Shown here: one piece after another, positions 50,208 through 60,717 of the stretch
How the letters are laid out: each line of letters starts with the position of its first letter
Position numbering within the stretch: the stretch's first letter is position 1
Assembly: GCA_964484665.1 (NCBI GenBank)
Contig: CAZAFR010000003.1
Span: 28,516-92,515, forward strand
From: an uncultured Proteiniphilum sp.
GTDB taxonomy: Bacteria > Bacteroidota > Bacteroidia > Bacteroidales > Dysgonomonadaceae
DNA length: 64,000 nucleotides
Direction of reading: 5' to 3'
Notes under the pieces: generated by a model
What the model saw: the letters and a program-made list of their open reading frames with translations, nothing else
The model's database searches: none
What the model was told of the DNA's origin: nothing
Translations under genes and position numbers: made by a program

Positions 50208-52358
50208 ATGAAGAGAGAAAAATTAATACAAACTATACTTTTTTTGTTAATTTCACTAAGCTGTTTTGCATCTAGCCCTTTACGGCAAGATTCAATACTT
50301 ATTAGAGTTATGAACGCAGCAGAAAAATATAACGATCTGGTGGAAAGTTATTCCGCTGAGGTCTATACTCGATCATATGTAGAAACGAAGAAAAAAAACC
50401 TCCTTTACAAATATACTCATGTTATACCAAAGTTTGTACTCCACGATCCACACAACGACACAGTACTTATTGAGACAATAAGTAACTTCAGATTCGATTT
50501 CCCAAATAATTATGTTCAAGATATTAAACATGTGTCGGGTACGCTTACAAACAAAAAAGATATCGAATCTATTCCCTTTAAACTTATAAACGTTAATATA
50601 TATGGTGAAACCACAAACGATGAAAGTTTTTTTATGCCTTTGCGTTTCAGTACTGCAAAATATTACAGATATGAGTTAACTAAAACTTTTACGGAAAATA
50701 ATAAAATCTATTATTATTTTCACTACACTCCAATTTATGAAAACCCTAAATTGCTAGAAGGTTTTTTTATTGTAGAAAGAGGTACTTGGAGAGTGATTTT
50801 TTTTAGGGGTGAAGGTATAGATATATTTTCAGATTACTCGTTTGAAATGACTATGGGAAATGAATGGATAACAAATTATCTTCCCGTAAATTTCACAATT
50901 TATCAAACCACTTCTTATCTAGGAAACGTTCTTGCAGCAAGACATCTTGCAAGTATTGATTACACTGATATTAAACTAAGGAAAGTAACAGAACCTGTTA
51001 GGTCTCTTAATATTAGTGATTTCTATAAAATACGTCTCGATTCTGTACCCGTTCGAAGTGATACAATTTTTTGGAACACTCATAGGCCTATTCCTCTACA
51101 AGCCCAAGAAAAAGAGGTTATGCTTGGATATATGCAACGTGTAAATGAAAAGGAACGTTGCAGAGCTAATGGCGATACTATAATGGACAATAAAATTGCA
51201 CAACAGTTTGCTCAGCGTATGGTTATGAACTCTAGCTATAAATACAAATCGATGAGACTGGGATATTCAGGACTTTTGAATCCTTTAATGATTGGGTATT
51301 CAACAAAAGACGGGATAACGTATCGTCAAAGGTTGTCTTTTAATATCGACTTAAAAAGCAACCGTACTGTCAACATCTATGCTTTCGCGGGGTATATGTT
51401 TCACAGAAAAGAAATCTTTACTGATCTCACTACAACATGGATTTACAATCCGTTTCGACTTAGTAGTGCTGCAATTTCTATTGGTAATGGTACCCCTACA
51501 TACAGCTCAATATTTGTAGATCAGATTCAGGATAGTCTTAAAAATAAAGGGCTATCATTCGAAGATATTTCTCTTAATTACTATAAGGATTACTACATTA
51601 AGTTGTATAATACTACAGAGATAACTAATGGCTTGCTCCTTCAAACCGGTATCGATTATCATATCAGAAAAAGTAAAAACAAAACTACTAATCTACGTTC
51701 TACAAGTTCTGAAATTGAACCTATTGAAAATATGTTCGGTATAAAAAGATCCTTTGCTCCTTTTATACGTCTAAGCTGGACTCCCAGACAATACTACAGA
51801 TATGAAGGGAGACAAAAAATTTATGTCAGGTCATCATTCCCTACTTTTAAGCTTGAATTATCGCGTAGCTTTCAGGATGTTCTTGGTAGTACTTCTGAAT
51901 ATAACCGTATTGAGTTGGATATTAATCAAAAGATACCAATAGGACTTATGAATTCATTTCAATATCATTTAGGTGCAGGAGGGTTCATTAATCAAAAGAC
52001 TGAGTATTTTGCTGATTTTGTATATTTCGCAAAGAACAATTTCCCGGAAACTTGGAATGACGGATTGGGTGGCATATTTAACCTGCTTAGCAGAGATTTG
52101 TATAACGCTTCTGATTCTTATATTCAGGCACACATCATGTTAGAAACTCCATTTCTGATTTTAAAAAATATTTCTTTTGTATCTGATTTTGCTGATAAGG
52201 AAAGAGTTTATATTAGCCAATTGTACACCCCTCAGATTATATCATATACTGAGTTCGGGTATGGAATTGGTAACCGTTATTTTAATGCGGGAATTTTTTC
52301 CTCATTTCACAAAAAATATTTTAGTCATATTGGAGTACGTGCAGCGTTTGAATTTTGA
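50208..52358 (+). CDS. DUF5686-like outer-membrane beta-barrel protein
   Basis: Signal peptide; Y-rich; YTEFGYGIGN; C-terminal F (AFEF). Confidence 0.7.
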   Translation: MKREKLIQTILFLLISLSCFASSPLRQDSILIRVMNAAEKYNDLVESYSAEVYTRSYVETKKKNLLYKYTHVIPKFVLHDPHNDTVLIETISNFRFDFPNNYVQDIKHVSGTLTNKKDIESIPFKLINVNIYGETTNDESFFMPLRFSTAKYYRYELTKTFTENNKIYYYFHYTPIYENPKLLEGFFIVERGTWRVIFFRGEGIDIFSDYSFEMTMGNEWITNYLPVNFTIYQTTSYLGNVLAARHLASIDYTDIKLRKVTEPVRSLNISDFYKIRLDSVPVRSDTIFWNTHRPIPLQAQEKEVMLGYMQRVNEKERCRANGDTIMDNKIAQQFAQRMVMNSSYKYKSMRLGYSGLLNPLMIGYSTKDGITYRQRLSFNIDLKSNRTVNIYAFAGYMFHRKEIFTDLTTTWIYNPFRLSSAAISIGNGTPTYSSIFVDQIQDSLKNKGLSFEDISLNYYKDYYIKLYNTTEITNGLLLQTGIDYHIRKSKNKTTNLRSTSSEIEPIENMFGIKRSFAPFIRLSWTPRQYYRYEGRQKIYVRSSFPTFKLELSRSFQDVLGSTSEYNRIELDINQKIPIGLMNSFQYHLGAGGFINQKTEYFADFVYFAKNNFPETWNDGLGGIFNLLSRDLYNASDSYIQAHIMLETPFLILKNISFVSDFADKERVYISQLYTPQIISYTEFGYGIGNRYFNAGIFSSFHKKYFSHIGVRAAFEF

Positions 52359-52378
52359 GGCTTAAATTCATATCTTTG
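52347..52378 (+). promoter_or_regulatory. Canonical Bacteroidetes promoter for ispE
   Basis: TTTG (52347-52350), N20, TATCTTTG (52371-52378). Confidence 0.75.
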
Positions 52379-52394
52379 CAAAAAATATTTATAG

Positions 52395-53231
52395 ATGGTC
52401 TGTTTCCCGAACGCAAAAATCAATTTAGGATTACAAATCGTTTCTAGCCGACCGGACGGTTATCATAACATAGAAACTATTTTTTATCCAATCGGCTTGA
52501 AAGATGCTCTGGAGATTGTAGTTACTACTAAATCAACTGAATCTTTATTAAACAAAAAGTACCGCTTTTTCCCTCATGGAGATATAATTAATGGGAAAAC
52601 TAATGATAACCTCGTGATCAAAGCATTGCAACTGATCTCGCAGGAGAAGGATATTCCATCTATTGATATTCATCTTCTAAAAAAAATACCTTCCGGCGCA
52701 GGACTTGGAGGCGGTTCTTCTGACGCAGCTTTTATGTTAAAGTTGTTAAATGATACATTCATTCTTAATTATTCAATAGATGATTTAATGAGGCTTGCTT
52801 CAAAAATAGGTGCTGATTGTCCTTTTTTTATACATAATAAACCTTTGCTGGCAACAGGAATTGGTAATGAACTGGAAGATATTGATCTTGACTTGAGCAA
52901 CTATTATCTGATGCTTGTAAAACCGGATATCTCAGTGTCTACAAAAGACGCTTACGCAATGGTCACTCCTCGAGATCCAGAGTTTTCTTTAAAGGAAATC
53001 ATCGCAAAGCCATTAACGAAATGGAATGAGCTAATGAAAAATGATTTTGAAGCACCAATATTTAAAAAGCATCCCGAAATTTGTAATATTAAAAATCAAT
53101 TATTTGAAATGGGAGCATTGTATTCTTCTATGAGTGGATCGGGCTCATCTGTTTATGGCATTTTTAAAAATAAGCCTGATTGTGAAAAAAAATTCAATAA
53201 CTATTTTGTTTGGTGTGGTAAACTCTCTTAG
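52395..53231 (+). CDS. ispE: 4-diphosphocytidyl-2-C-methyl-D-erythritol kinase
   Basis: PNAKINLGL, GYHNIET, KKIPSGAGLGGGSSDAA, MSGSGS. Confidence 0.97.
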   Translation: MVCFPNAKINLGLQIVSSRPDGYHNIETIFYPIGLKDALEIVVTTKSTESLLNKKYRFFPHGDIINGKTNDNLVIKALQLISQEKDIPSIDIHLLKKIPSGAGLGGGSSDAAFMLKLLNDTFILNYSIDDLMRLASKIGADCPFFIHNKPLLATGIGNELEDIDLDLSNYYLMLVKPDISVSTKDAYAMVTPRDPEFSLKEIIAKPLTKWNELMKNDFEAPIFKKHPEICNIKNQLFEMGALYSSMSGSGSSVYGIFKNKPDCEKKFNNYFVWCGKLS

Positions 53232-53251
53232 TGTATAATAGTAAAACAAAT

Positions 53252-55795
53252 ATGAGAAAAAGTCAATTTTTATTAGTGGCAATAGGATTGCTGTTTGTAA
53301 TCAATCTGCAGGCACAGAATACGTTTATGCCTGAAAAGCTACACTCTTTTGGTCCTATCGGACTTCAAAAACCAATTCTCCTTGATAGTGTTAACTTGAA
53401 TAACACACCATTTTCTGATGAAATATTATTGTCTTATTCAGTGGTTTTCCCCGAGCAAGCACGTTTCACAACAGAATTAACACCGGACAGTTCGGGATTC
53501 TTCCACTTGGAGAGACCTGATGACGGCCGGGCTTTCCAATTGTTGTCAGTTTACGTAAGTAGCGACAGGTACGGAAGAGGAAAGCTTACTGTAACATCAC
53601 CTAATCCATTGGAGTTGTGGGTGGATGATGTAAAAAGAGCTACTAAAACTCAACTGAACGACAGTATTCACCATTCTGGTTCCGTGGATACGTATCTAAA
53701 CGGATTCACAAATAACCAAAGGATAGTTGTTAAGTTACTGACTTCCGCTGATGATAGTATCAAACCGGCTGTAAAAATTGATATAAGGCCTGAAGAAATC
53801 GATTCGCTACTGAATTACACTTTTAATGATACTAATAAAAGAAGAATAAATATTAAAGATATTCTTGAGGGTAAGCGAGTAAATAATGCATCTATTTCAC
53901 CAAGTGGTCGTTTTGTACTGCTAACTCTAAGAGAAACTCTGCCGGGAGGTAAAAACTTGGATTTCATTGAGATTTATGACTCAAAGCAAAATCAAACTAT
54001 AATCTCAGAGTCTGCAAATAAACAAGATATTAAATGGATGCCGGAATCTGATCTACTTTATTATGTTGATGATATTAGTGATAAAAGAAATATATATACA
54101 CTAAATCCGCTTACAAAAGAAACTATCCTTCTGGCTGAAGGGTTGCCCAAAGAAAGCTTTTATATTGCTCCGGATGAAAAATCACTATTTTTCTCATCAG
54201 AAGAAACAATATCGGCTGCTAGTCCCGCCGGATTAAAGCGACTAATTGGTATAGATGACCGTCAAGCAAGTTATAGGGAGCGTAGCTTTCTTTACAAATA
54301 TTTTCTGGACACTGGACTCACTCAGCAACTCACTTTCGGTAAGCAGTCGGCTTTTCTAAACGATATCACTATTGATTCGAGGTACTTATTATTTTCAACA
54401 TCCGAAGAGGATCTTTCTGAACGTCCGTTTAGCAAAAGTTCTCTCTATATGTTGGATCTTAATACAATGTCGGTTGATACAATTTGGAAAGATCAACCTT
54501 TCTCATACTCGGCACAGTTTTCTCCTGATGGAAAAAAACTTTTAATCCATGGTGCTCCTGAAGCATTTGATGGTATCGGATTGAATATTAATCCTGACCA
54601 AATTGCAAATAGCTATGATACTCAGTCATTTATAATGGATCTGGAGACTAAAAAAATTGATCCTGTCACTAAGGACTTTAACCCAACCATATCAGCTCAA
54701 ATATGGAATCCACAGGATAATTATATCTATTACAGGGTTGAAGAAGGTGACAGAGTTAATATGTATCGCTATTCTCAGAGTAACAGAAAATTCGAAAAAC
54801 TGCCTCTCAAAGAAGATGTTATACGTTCTTTCAGTATTGCCAAAAATGCAGCTTGGGCTACTTATACAGGTGTAAGCACGTCAAATTCAAACAGGAGTTA
54901 TCTGTTGAATCTGAAAAATATGAAGTCAACTCTTTTATCTGACCCTTATGCAGAAAGATTAAACACAATTAATCTTGGAGAGGTGAACGACTGGAATTTC
55001 ACATCTTCTTATGGAGATGAAATAGAAGGGCGTTATTATCTTCCTCCAAACTTTGATCCTGAAAAAAAATATCCACTGATTGTTTATTATTATGGTGGAA
55101 CCAGTCCAACTTCACGTGTTTTCGAGAGTACATATCCTTTGCATGTTTATGCTGCACAAGATTATGTGGTTTATACTATGCAACCAAGTGGTACAACAGG
55201 CTACGGTCAGGAGTTCTCTGCTCGCCATGTAAATGCATGGGGTGACCGGACTGCTGAGGAAATTATCGAAGGAGTGAAGAAATTTGTTAATGAACATTCA
55301 TTTGTTGATAGTACCAAAATTGGTAATATAGGAGCATCTTATGGTGGTTTTATGACTCAGTACCTGATTACTAAAACTGATTTGTTCTCTGCATCAGTAT
55401 CACATGCCGGAATCAGTAATATCACAAGCTACTGGGGTGAAGGCTACTGGGGTTACTCATACAGTGCTGGCGCAAGTGCCGGTAGCTTCCCATGGAATAA
55501 TAGGGAGTTGTATGTAAAACAGAGTCCGCTATTCAACGCAGACAAAATAAACACTCCGTTGTTATTACTACACGGTACTGCAGATACTAACGTTCCTATT
55601 GGCGAAAGCATTCAAATGTACACTGCTTTAAAACTATTGAATAAACCTGTTGAGTTTATTCAGGTAATTGGTGAAAACCATGCTATCTATGATTATGATA
55701 AACGTATTGCTTGGAATAATGCTATCTATGCTTGGTTTGCAAAGTGGTTAAAAGATGATTCAAGATGGTGGGATTCTATGTATCCTGGCGAATAA
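53252..55795 (+). CDS. S9 family peptidase (acylaminoacyl-peptidase-like, beta-propeller plus catalytic domain)
   Basis: YGQEF, GASYGGF, LLLHGTADTNVP, ENH; signal peptide. Start placed at 53252. Confidence 0.93.
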   Translation: MRKSQFLLVAIGLLFVINLQAQNTFMPEKLHSFGPIGLQKPILLDSVNLNNTPFSDEILLSYSVVFPEQARFTTELTPDSSGFFHLERPDDGRAFQLLSVYVSSDRYGRGKLTVTSPNPLELWVDDVKRATKTQLNDSIHHSGSVDTYLNGFTNNQRIVVKLLTSADDSIKPAVKIDIRPEEIDSLLNYTFNDTNKRRINIKDILEGKRVNNASISPSGRFVLLTLRETLPGGKNLDFIEIYDSKQNQTIISESANKQDIKWMPESDLLYYVDDISDKRNIYTLNPLTKETILLAEGLPKESFYIAPDEKSLFFSSEETISAASPAGLKRLIGIDDRQASYRERSFLYKYFLDTGLTQQLTFGKQSAFLNDITIDSRYLLFSTSEEDLSERPFSKSSLYMLDLNTMSVDTIWKDQPFSYSAQFSPDGKKLLIHGAPEAFDGIGLNINPDQIANSYDTQSFIMDLETKKIDPVTKDFNPTISAQIWNPQDNYIYYRVEEGDRVNMYRYSQSNRKFEKLPLKEDVIRSFSIAKNAAWATYTGVSTSNSNRSYLLNLKNMKSTLLSDPYAERLNTINLGEVNDWNFTSSYGDEIEGRYYLPPNFDPEKKYPLIVYYYGGTSPTSRVFESTYPLHVYAAQDYVVYTMQPSGTTGYGQEFSARHVNAWGDRTAEEIIEGVKKFVNEHSFVDSTKIGNIGASYGGFMTQYLITKTDLFSASVSHAGISNITSYWGEGYWGYSYSAGASAGSFPWNNRELYVKQSPLFNADKINTPLLLLHGTADTNVPIGESIQMYTALKLLNKPVEFIQVIGENHAIYDYDKRIAWNNAIYAWFAKWLKDDSRWWDSMYPGE

Positions 55796-55810
55796 AAAAT
55801 AACAAGGTTT

Positions 55811-56587
55811 ATGGAAAATCTATTAGAAAAAGTAAAAAATATTGCACACGAAGTGGGTGAGTATCTCAAAAATGAGCAACAATCACTGAGTAAAAAGGAT
55901 ATTGAGCTAAAGGGTAATCGTGATTATGTGACTTATATCGATAAAGAAGCTGAAAACAGGTTGGTGAAAAAACTAAAAGCTATATTCCCAAATAGTGGTT
56001 TCTTAGTAGAGGAACAGACTGTTGAGTATGTAGAAACAGAATACACATGGATTATTGACCCTCTGGATGGTACAACAAACTATGTTCATGGCAACTCTCC
56101 CTATTCAGTAAGTATTGCTCTAAAACAGCGAGATAAAATTGTCCTTGGTGTCGTTTATGATCCTTTGGCAGATCAGATGTTTAGTGCAATTTCAAAGGGT
56201 AAAGCTTACTTAAATGATAATTTGATTAAAGTGAGCGGACATACAACTCTTAAAAATGCATATATAGGTTTCGGGATTCCATATACGTTGGATGAGTTTG
56301 GTGAGCAAGTACTGAAAAATGCATTTGAACAGTTCCGTAATTCCAGCTTTCGCATAAAAGGGTCAGCTGCTATAGAGTTATGTTATGTTGCTGCAGGTAT
56401 AAGCGATACATATTTTCATTCAGGTCTGTCACCGTGGGATGTTGCTGCAGGTGCTTTCATTTTAGAATGTGCAGGTGGCAAGTGTACCGACTTTTCAGGG
56501 GGTAGCAATTACCTGTTTGGCAAAGAAATGGTAGCTTCAAATGGTGTTATTCATAAGGAAATTATGAAATATATTATTCGGAAATAA
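55811..56587 (+). CDS. suhB: Inositol monophosphatase family protein
   Basis: WIIDPLDGTTNYVHG, GSAAIELCYVA, WDVAAG. Confidence 0.9.
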   Translation: MENLLEKVKNIAHEVGEYLKNEQQSLSKKDIELKGNRDYVTYIDKEAENRLVKKLKAIFPNSGFLVEEQTVEYVETEYTWIIDPLDGTTNYVHGNSPYSVSIALKQRDKIVLGVVYDPLADQMFSAISKGKAYLNDNLIKVSGHTTLKNAYIGFGIPYTLDEFGEQVLKNAFEQFRNSSFRIKGSAAIELCYVAAGISDTYFHSGLSPWDVAAGAFILECAGGKCTDFSGGSNYLFGKEMVASNGVIHKEIMKYIIRK

Positions 56588-56590
56588 CCT

Positions 56591-57385
56591 ATGGACAATC
56601 AAACTATCACAACTGCATTTCTGTTAACTATCTTTGCCGGCTTATCTACCGGAATTGGTAGTTTTATTGCGTTTATAGCTAAACGTACTAACACAAACTT
56701 TCTGAGTTTTGCATTGGGCTTGTCTGCCGGTGTAATGATTTATGTATCATTTATGGAAATGTTGCCTCAATCACTTCACTCTTTGACGGAAGAGTTTGGT
56801 GATAAGACTGGGATGTTATATATGATTCTTGGATTCTTTGGTGGAATTATTCTAATTGCACTTATCGACTTCCTTATACCCAAGGATAGTAACCCTCATG
56901 AAATGCATGGCGTTGAAGAGATGAAAAGAATAAATGGCTTGAAACAGACAGGTATCATTACTGCAATAACCATTGCAATACATAACTTTCCGGAAGGGAT
57001 TGCAACTTTCATGTCAGCACTTACTTCAATTGAAATAGCAATACCAATTACTGCTGCTATAGCTATCCATAATATCCCTGAAGGAATTGCTGTAGCTGTT
57101 CCCATTTACCATTCAACCGGCAGTAAGAAAAAGGCGTTTTGGCTTTCATTTGCTTCTGGATTAGCAGAACCTATTGGTGCACTAATCGCTTACCTTTTTC
57201 TTATGCCTTTCTGGAGTCCAACACTAAATGCATATGTACTCTCGGCAGTTTCTGGTATTATGGTTTATATTTCACTTGACGAACTTTTACCAAGCGCAGA
57301 AAAATATGGTAAACATCACCTCTCTATAATAGGATTGGTAATGGGTATGGCAATAATGGCTCTTAGTCTATATTTGTTCATTTGA
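56591..57385 (+). CDS. zupT: ZIP family zinc transporter
   Basis: AGLSTGIG, HNFPEG, HNIPEG, SGLAEPIGA, DELLP. Confidence 0.95.
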   Translation: MDNQTITTAFLLTIFAGLSTGIGSFIAFIAKRTNTNFLSFALGLSAGVMIYVSFMEMLPQSLHSLTEEFGDKTGMLYMILGFFGGIILIALIDFLIPKDSNPHEMHGVEEMKRINGLKQTGIITAITIAIHNFPEGIATFMSALTSIEIAIPITAAIAIHNIPEGIAVAVPIYHSTGSKKKAFWLSFASGLAEPIGALIAYLFLMPFWSPTLNAYVLSAVSGIMVYISLDELLPSAEKYGKHHLSIIGLVMGMAIMALSLYLFI

Positions 57386-57444
57386 ATGAATTAAGATATC
57401 TTTGTTTTAGATTTTTATATAATATTTACTCAACACATAATGTG

Positions 57445-58005
57445 ATGAAAACAGACTTAAAACAAATTGGCGAACGTATCAAAGGATTACGTGAAGCATT
57501 GGATTATTCACCTACAGAAATGGCGGAAAAACTCGAAGTTGATTTAGAAGATTATTTACATTTCGAAGAAGGAGAAAAGGATATCTCAGTTTCTTTTCTG
57601 CAGCGTATTGAAAGAGAGTTCAACGTTGATATCTCTACTTTAATGTTTGGTACAGAACCGCGTATGAACTCATACTTTATAACTAGGAAAGATAAAGGAT
57701 TGTCGGTTGAAAGGGTATCTGCTTATAAATACCAGTCGCTCACTTCAGGATTCACTAATAACGTGGCCGAAATTTTTGAAGTGACAGTTGAACCTAAGTC
57801 TCCTGATATAGATTTTTATAAAAATATCCATGCAGGACAGGAGTTTAATATGGTACTGGAGGGAAGCATGATGATAAATATCAACGGTAAAAACCTCATT
57901 CTGGGTCGTGGAGATAGCATTTATTTTGATTCCTCACTTCCTCATGGAATGAAAGCGCTTAACGGTAAGCCGGTAAAATTTCTTGCCGTGATATTATATC
58001 CTTAA
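57445..58005 (+). CDS. XRE-family HTH regulator with cupin domain
   Basis: IGERIKGLRE HTH; HAGQEF, GDSIYFDSSLPHGM. Start placed at 57445. Confidence 0.92.
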   Translation: MKTDLKQIGERIKGLREALDYSPTEMAEKLEVDLEDYLHFEEGEKDISVSFLQRIEREFNVDISTLMFGTEPRMNSYFITRKDKGLSVERVSAYKYQSLTSGFTNNVAEIFEVTVEPKSPDIDFYKNIHAGQEFNMVLEGSMMININGKNLILGRGDSIYFDSSLPHGMKALNGKPVKFLAVILYP

Positions 58006-58028
58006 CTAAGATTATTTAAAAGGTTATC

Positions 58029-59684
58029 ATGATAGAAAAATTTGTAAAAAGAACAGAATTTACATCTCACAAAGATTTTATCGAAAACTACAACATAGAC
58101 GTACCTGAAAACTTCAATTTCGCGTACGATGTAGTTGACGAATGGGCAAAAACAAACCCAAACAAACGGGCTCTTTGCTGGACTAACGACAAAGGGGCTC
58201 ATCGGGACCTTTCATTTGGAGAAATGAAAAGTCTCTCTGATAAAACAGCATCGTTCTTACAGTCACTCGGCATAGGCAAAGGTGATTTGGTTATGCTTAT
58301 TTTACAACGCAGTTTAGAATTCTGGCAAACTATTATTGCACTTCATAAGATTGGTGCAATTGCAATCCCTGCAACTCATTTACTAACAGATAAAGATATC
58401 GTATATCGTAATAATGCAGCGGGTGTGAAGGCTATCTTGGCCACAGAAGATGATGATCTTATAGAACATGTGAATTTGGCTATGAAAGATTCACCAACTG
58501 TTAAGTATCGCATAAAGATTGGAAAAAACATTCCTAAAGGATGGATTGATTTTCACAAAGGCATTGAGGAGGCTACTGCATTTCATAGGCCGGAGAAAGT
58601 CAATAAGAATGATGACATAATGCTTCTGTACTTCACTTCAGGAACAACAGGTCAGCCCAAAATGGTAGTGCACGACTATACATATCCATTGGGTCACATA
58701 ACCACAGCAAAATATTGGCACAATCTCAACGAAAATAGTATTCATCTTACTGTTGCAGATACTGGCTGGGCAAAAGCAGTGTGGGGTAAATTATATGGTC
58801 AGTGGATTGTTGGTGCCTGTGTATTTGTTTACGATTTCAAAGGACGGTTTATTCCTAAAGATATGCTTAATATAATTTCGAAATATAAGGTAACATCTTT
58901 TTGTGCACCTCCTACAATCTATCGCTTTCTAATTAGAGAGGATTTAAGTAAATACGATCTCTCATCTCTTGAATATTGCACAACTGCTGGTGAAGCACTA
59001 AATCCGTCAGTATTCAAAACATTTTATGACCACACAGGAATTAAAATGATGGAAGCATTCGGCCAAACTGAGACGGCACCCACAATTATTACATTCCCGT
59101 GGATTGAACCAAAACCGGGAGCCATGGGCGTTCCAAATCCATTATATAATATGGATCTAATTACATATGATGGTCGCAGTGCTGAAGATGGCGAACAGGG
59201 TGAGATTGTGTTTCATACAGATAAAAAACGACCATTGTCTCTTTTCAAAGGTTATTACAAAGATGAAGAACTCACCAAACAGGTGTATGTCGATAACATA
59301 TATCATACAGGAGATATGGCTTGGCGCGATGAAGATGGCTTCTACTGGTTTGTTGGCCGCACAGATGATGTAATCAAGAGTTCTGGATACCGCATTGGGC
59401 CGTTCGAAGTAGAGAGTGCAGTTATGACTCACCCTGCTGTTGTAGAATGTGCAATTACAGGCGTTCCTGATGAAATTAGAGGTCAAGTCATTAAAGCAAC
59501 TATCGTTCTTGCAGATGAGTATAAGTCTCAGTCAGGGGATGACTTAGCTAAAGAAATACAAGATCATGTTAAGAACGTAACCGCACCTTATAAATATCCA
59601 CGAGTAATTGAGTTTGTTGATGAACTGCCTAAAACAATTAGTGGTAAAATTAGGAGAGTGGAAATCAGAAGTAAAAATAAATAG
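58029..59684 (+). CDS. AMP-forming acyl-CoA synthetase (medium-chain/acetate type)
   Basis: YFTSGTTGQPK, AGEAL, FGQTET, YHTGD, GRTDDVIKSSGYRIGP, KTISGK. Confidence 0.93.
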   Translation: MIEKFVKRTEFTSHKDFIENYNIDVPENFNFAYDVVDEWAKTNPNKRALCWTNDKGAHRDLSFGEMKSLSDKTASFLQSLGIGKGDLVMLILQRSLEFWQTIIALHKIGAIAIPATHLLTDKDIVYRNNAAGVKAILATEDDDLIEHVNLAMKDSPTVKYRIKIGKNIPKGWIDFHKGIEEATAFHRPEKVNKNDDIMLLYFTSGTTGQPKMVVHDYTYPLGHITTAKYWHNLNENSIHLTVADTGWAKAVWGKLYGQWIVGACVFVYDFKGRFIPKDMLNIISKYKVTSFCAPPTIYRFLIREDLSKYDLSSLEYCTTAGEALNPSVFKTFYDHTGIKMMEAFGQTETAPTIITFPWIEPKPGAMGVPNPLYNMDLITYDGRSAEDGEQGEIVFHTDKKRPLSLFKGYYKDEELTKQVYVDNIYHTGDMAWRDEDGFYWFVGRTDDVIKSSGYRIGPFEVESAVMTHPAVVECAITGVPDEIRGQVIKATIVLADEYKSQSGDDLAKEIQDHVKNVTAPYKYPRVIEFVDELPKTISGKIRRVEIRSKNK

Positions 59685-59712
59685 AATAAATAATTCAAAA
59701 TAAAATAAATAT

Positions 59713-60594
59713 ATGAAAAAAGCATATGTATTCCCCGGGCAAGGAGCTCAGTTCGTGGGAATGGGGAAAGATTTATACGAAACATCAGCAATTGCAAAAG
59801 AAATGTTCGAAAAAGCAAATGAGATTATAGGCTTCAGAATAACTGATCTGATGTTCTCTGGAACTGATGAAGATTTAAAACAAACAAAAGTAACACAGCC
59901 GGCAATATTTCTTCACTCTGTGATATTATCAAAAACTCTGGGAGAGGAATTCAAACCCGACATGACAGCAGGACATTCTCTTGGTGAATTCTCGGCTCTT
60001 GTAGCTGCCGGAGCTCTTTCTTTTGAAGATGGACTTAAACTGGTATATGCTCGTGCACTTGCCATGCAGAAAGCATGTGAAGCAAACCCATCTACAATGG
60101 CTGCTATTATTGCTCTACCTGATGAAAAAGTTGAGGAAATTTGTGCCTCCATTAATGATGTGGTTGTACCGGCAAATTATAATTGTCCCGGACAAGTAGT
60201 TATCTCCGGAACAATAAGTGGTATAGAAAAAGCTTGTGAATTGATGAAAGAGGCCGGCGCTAAACGTGCACTGCCTCTAAAAGTGGGTGGTGCATTTCAC
60301 TCTCCATTAATGGAGTCGGCACGTGTGAAACTTTCTGATGCTATCGTAGCTACTAATTTCACTACTCCCACTTGTCCTGTCTATCAAAATGTTTCTACAA
60401 AAGGGGAGACAAATCCTAAAGTAATAAAGGATAATCTAATTGCTCAGCTTACGACTTCTGTAAAATGGACTCAATCAGTACAGAATATGATTGCTGATGG
60501 CGCAACTGAATTTGTAGAACTTGGTCCAGGTAGTGTACTTCAGGGATTAATTTCAAAAATTGATAAAAGTGTAGCAGTTTCAGGGAAACAATAA
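59713..60594 (+). CDS. fabD: Malonyl-CoA:ACP transacylase
   Basis: FPGQGAQ, TQPA, GHSLGE, GAFHS, ELGPG. Confidence 0.98.
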   Translation: MKKAYVFPGQGAQFVGMGKDLYETSAIAKEMFEKANEIIGFRITDLMFSGTDEDLKQTKVTQPAIFLHSVILSKTLGEEFKPDMTAGHSLGEFSALVAAGALSFEDGLKLVYARALAMQKACEANPSTMAAIIALPDEKVEEICASINDVVVPANYNCPGQVVISGTISGIEKACELMKEAGAKRALPLKVGGAFHSPLMESARVKLSDAIVATNFTTPTCPVYQNVSTKGETNPKVIKDNLIAQLTTSVKWTQSVQNMIADGATEFVELGPGSVLQGLISKIDKSVAVSGKQ

Positions 60595-60717
60595 AATATA
60601 TTGTTTCCCAATTAAAAGTCCGATATAGTGTTTAAGCTTTCTTAGCAACGTTTATTTGTTAAAAAGGATATTAGAAAATACATTTGTTTCTAACAACCAT
60701 AACTAAAAAAGATTTAT

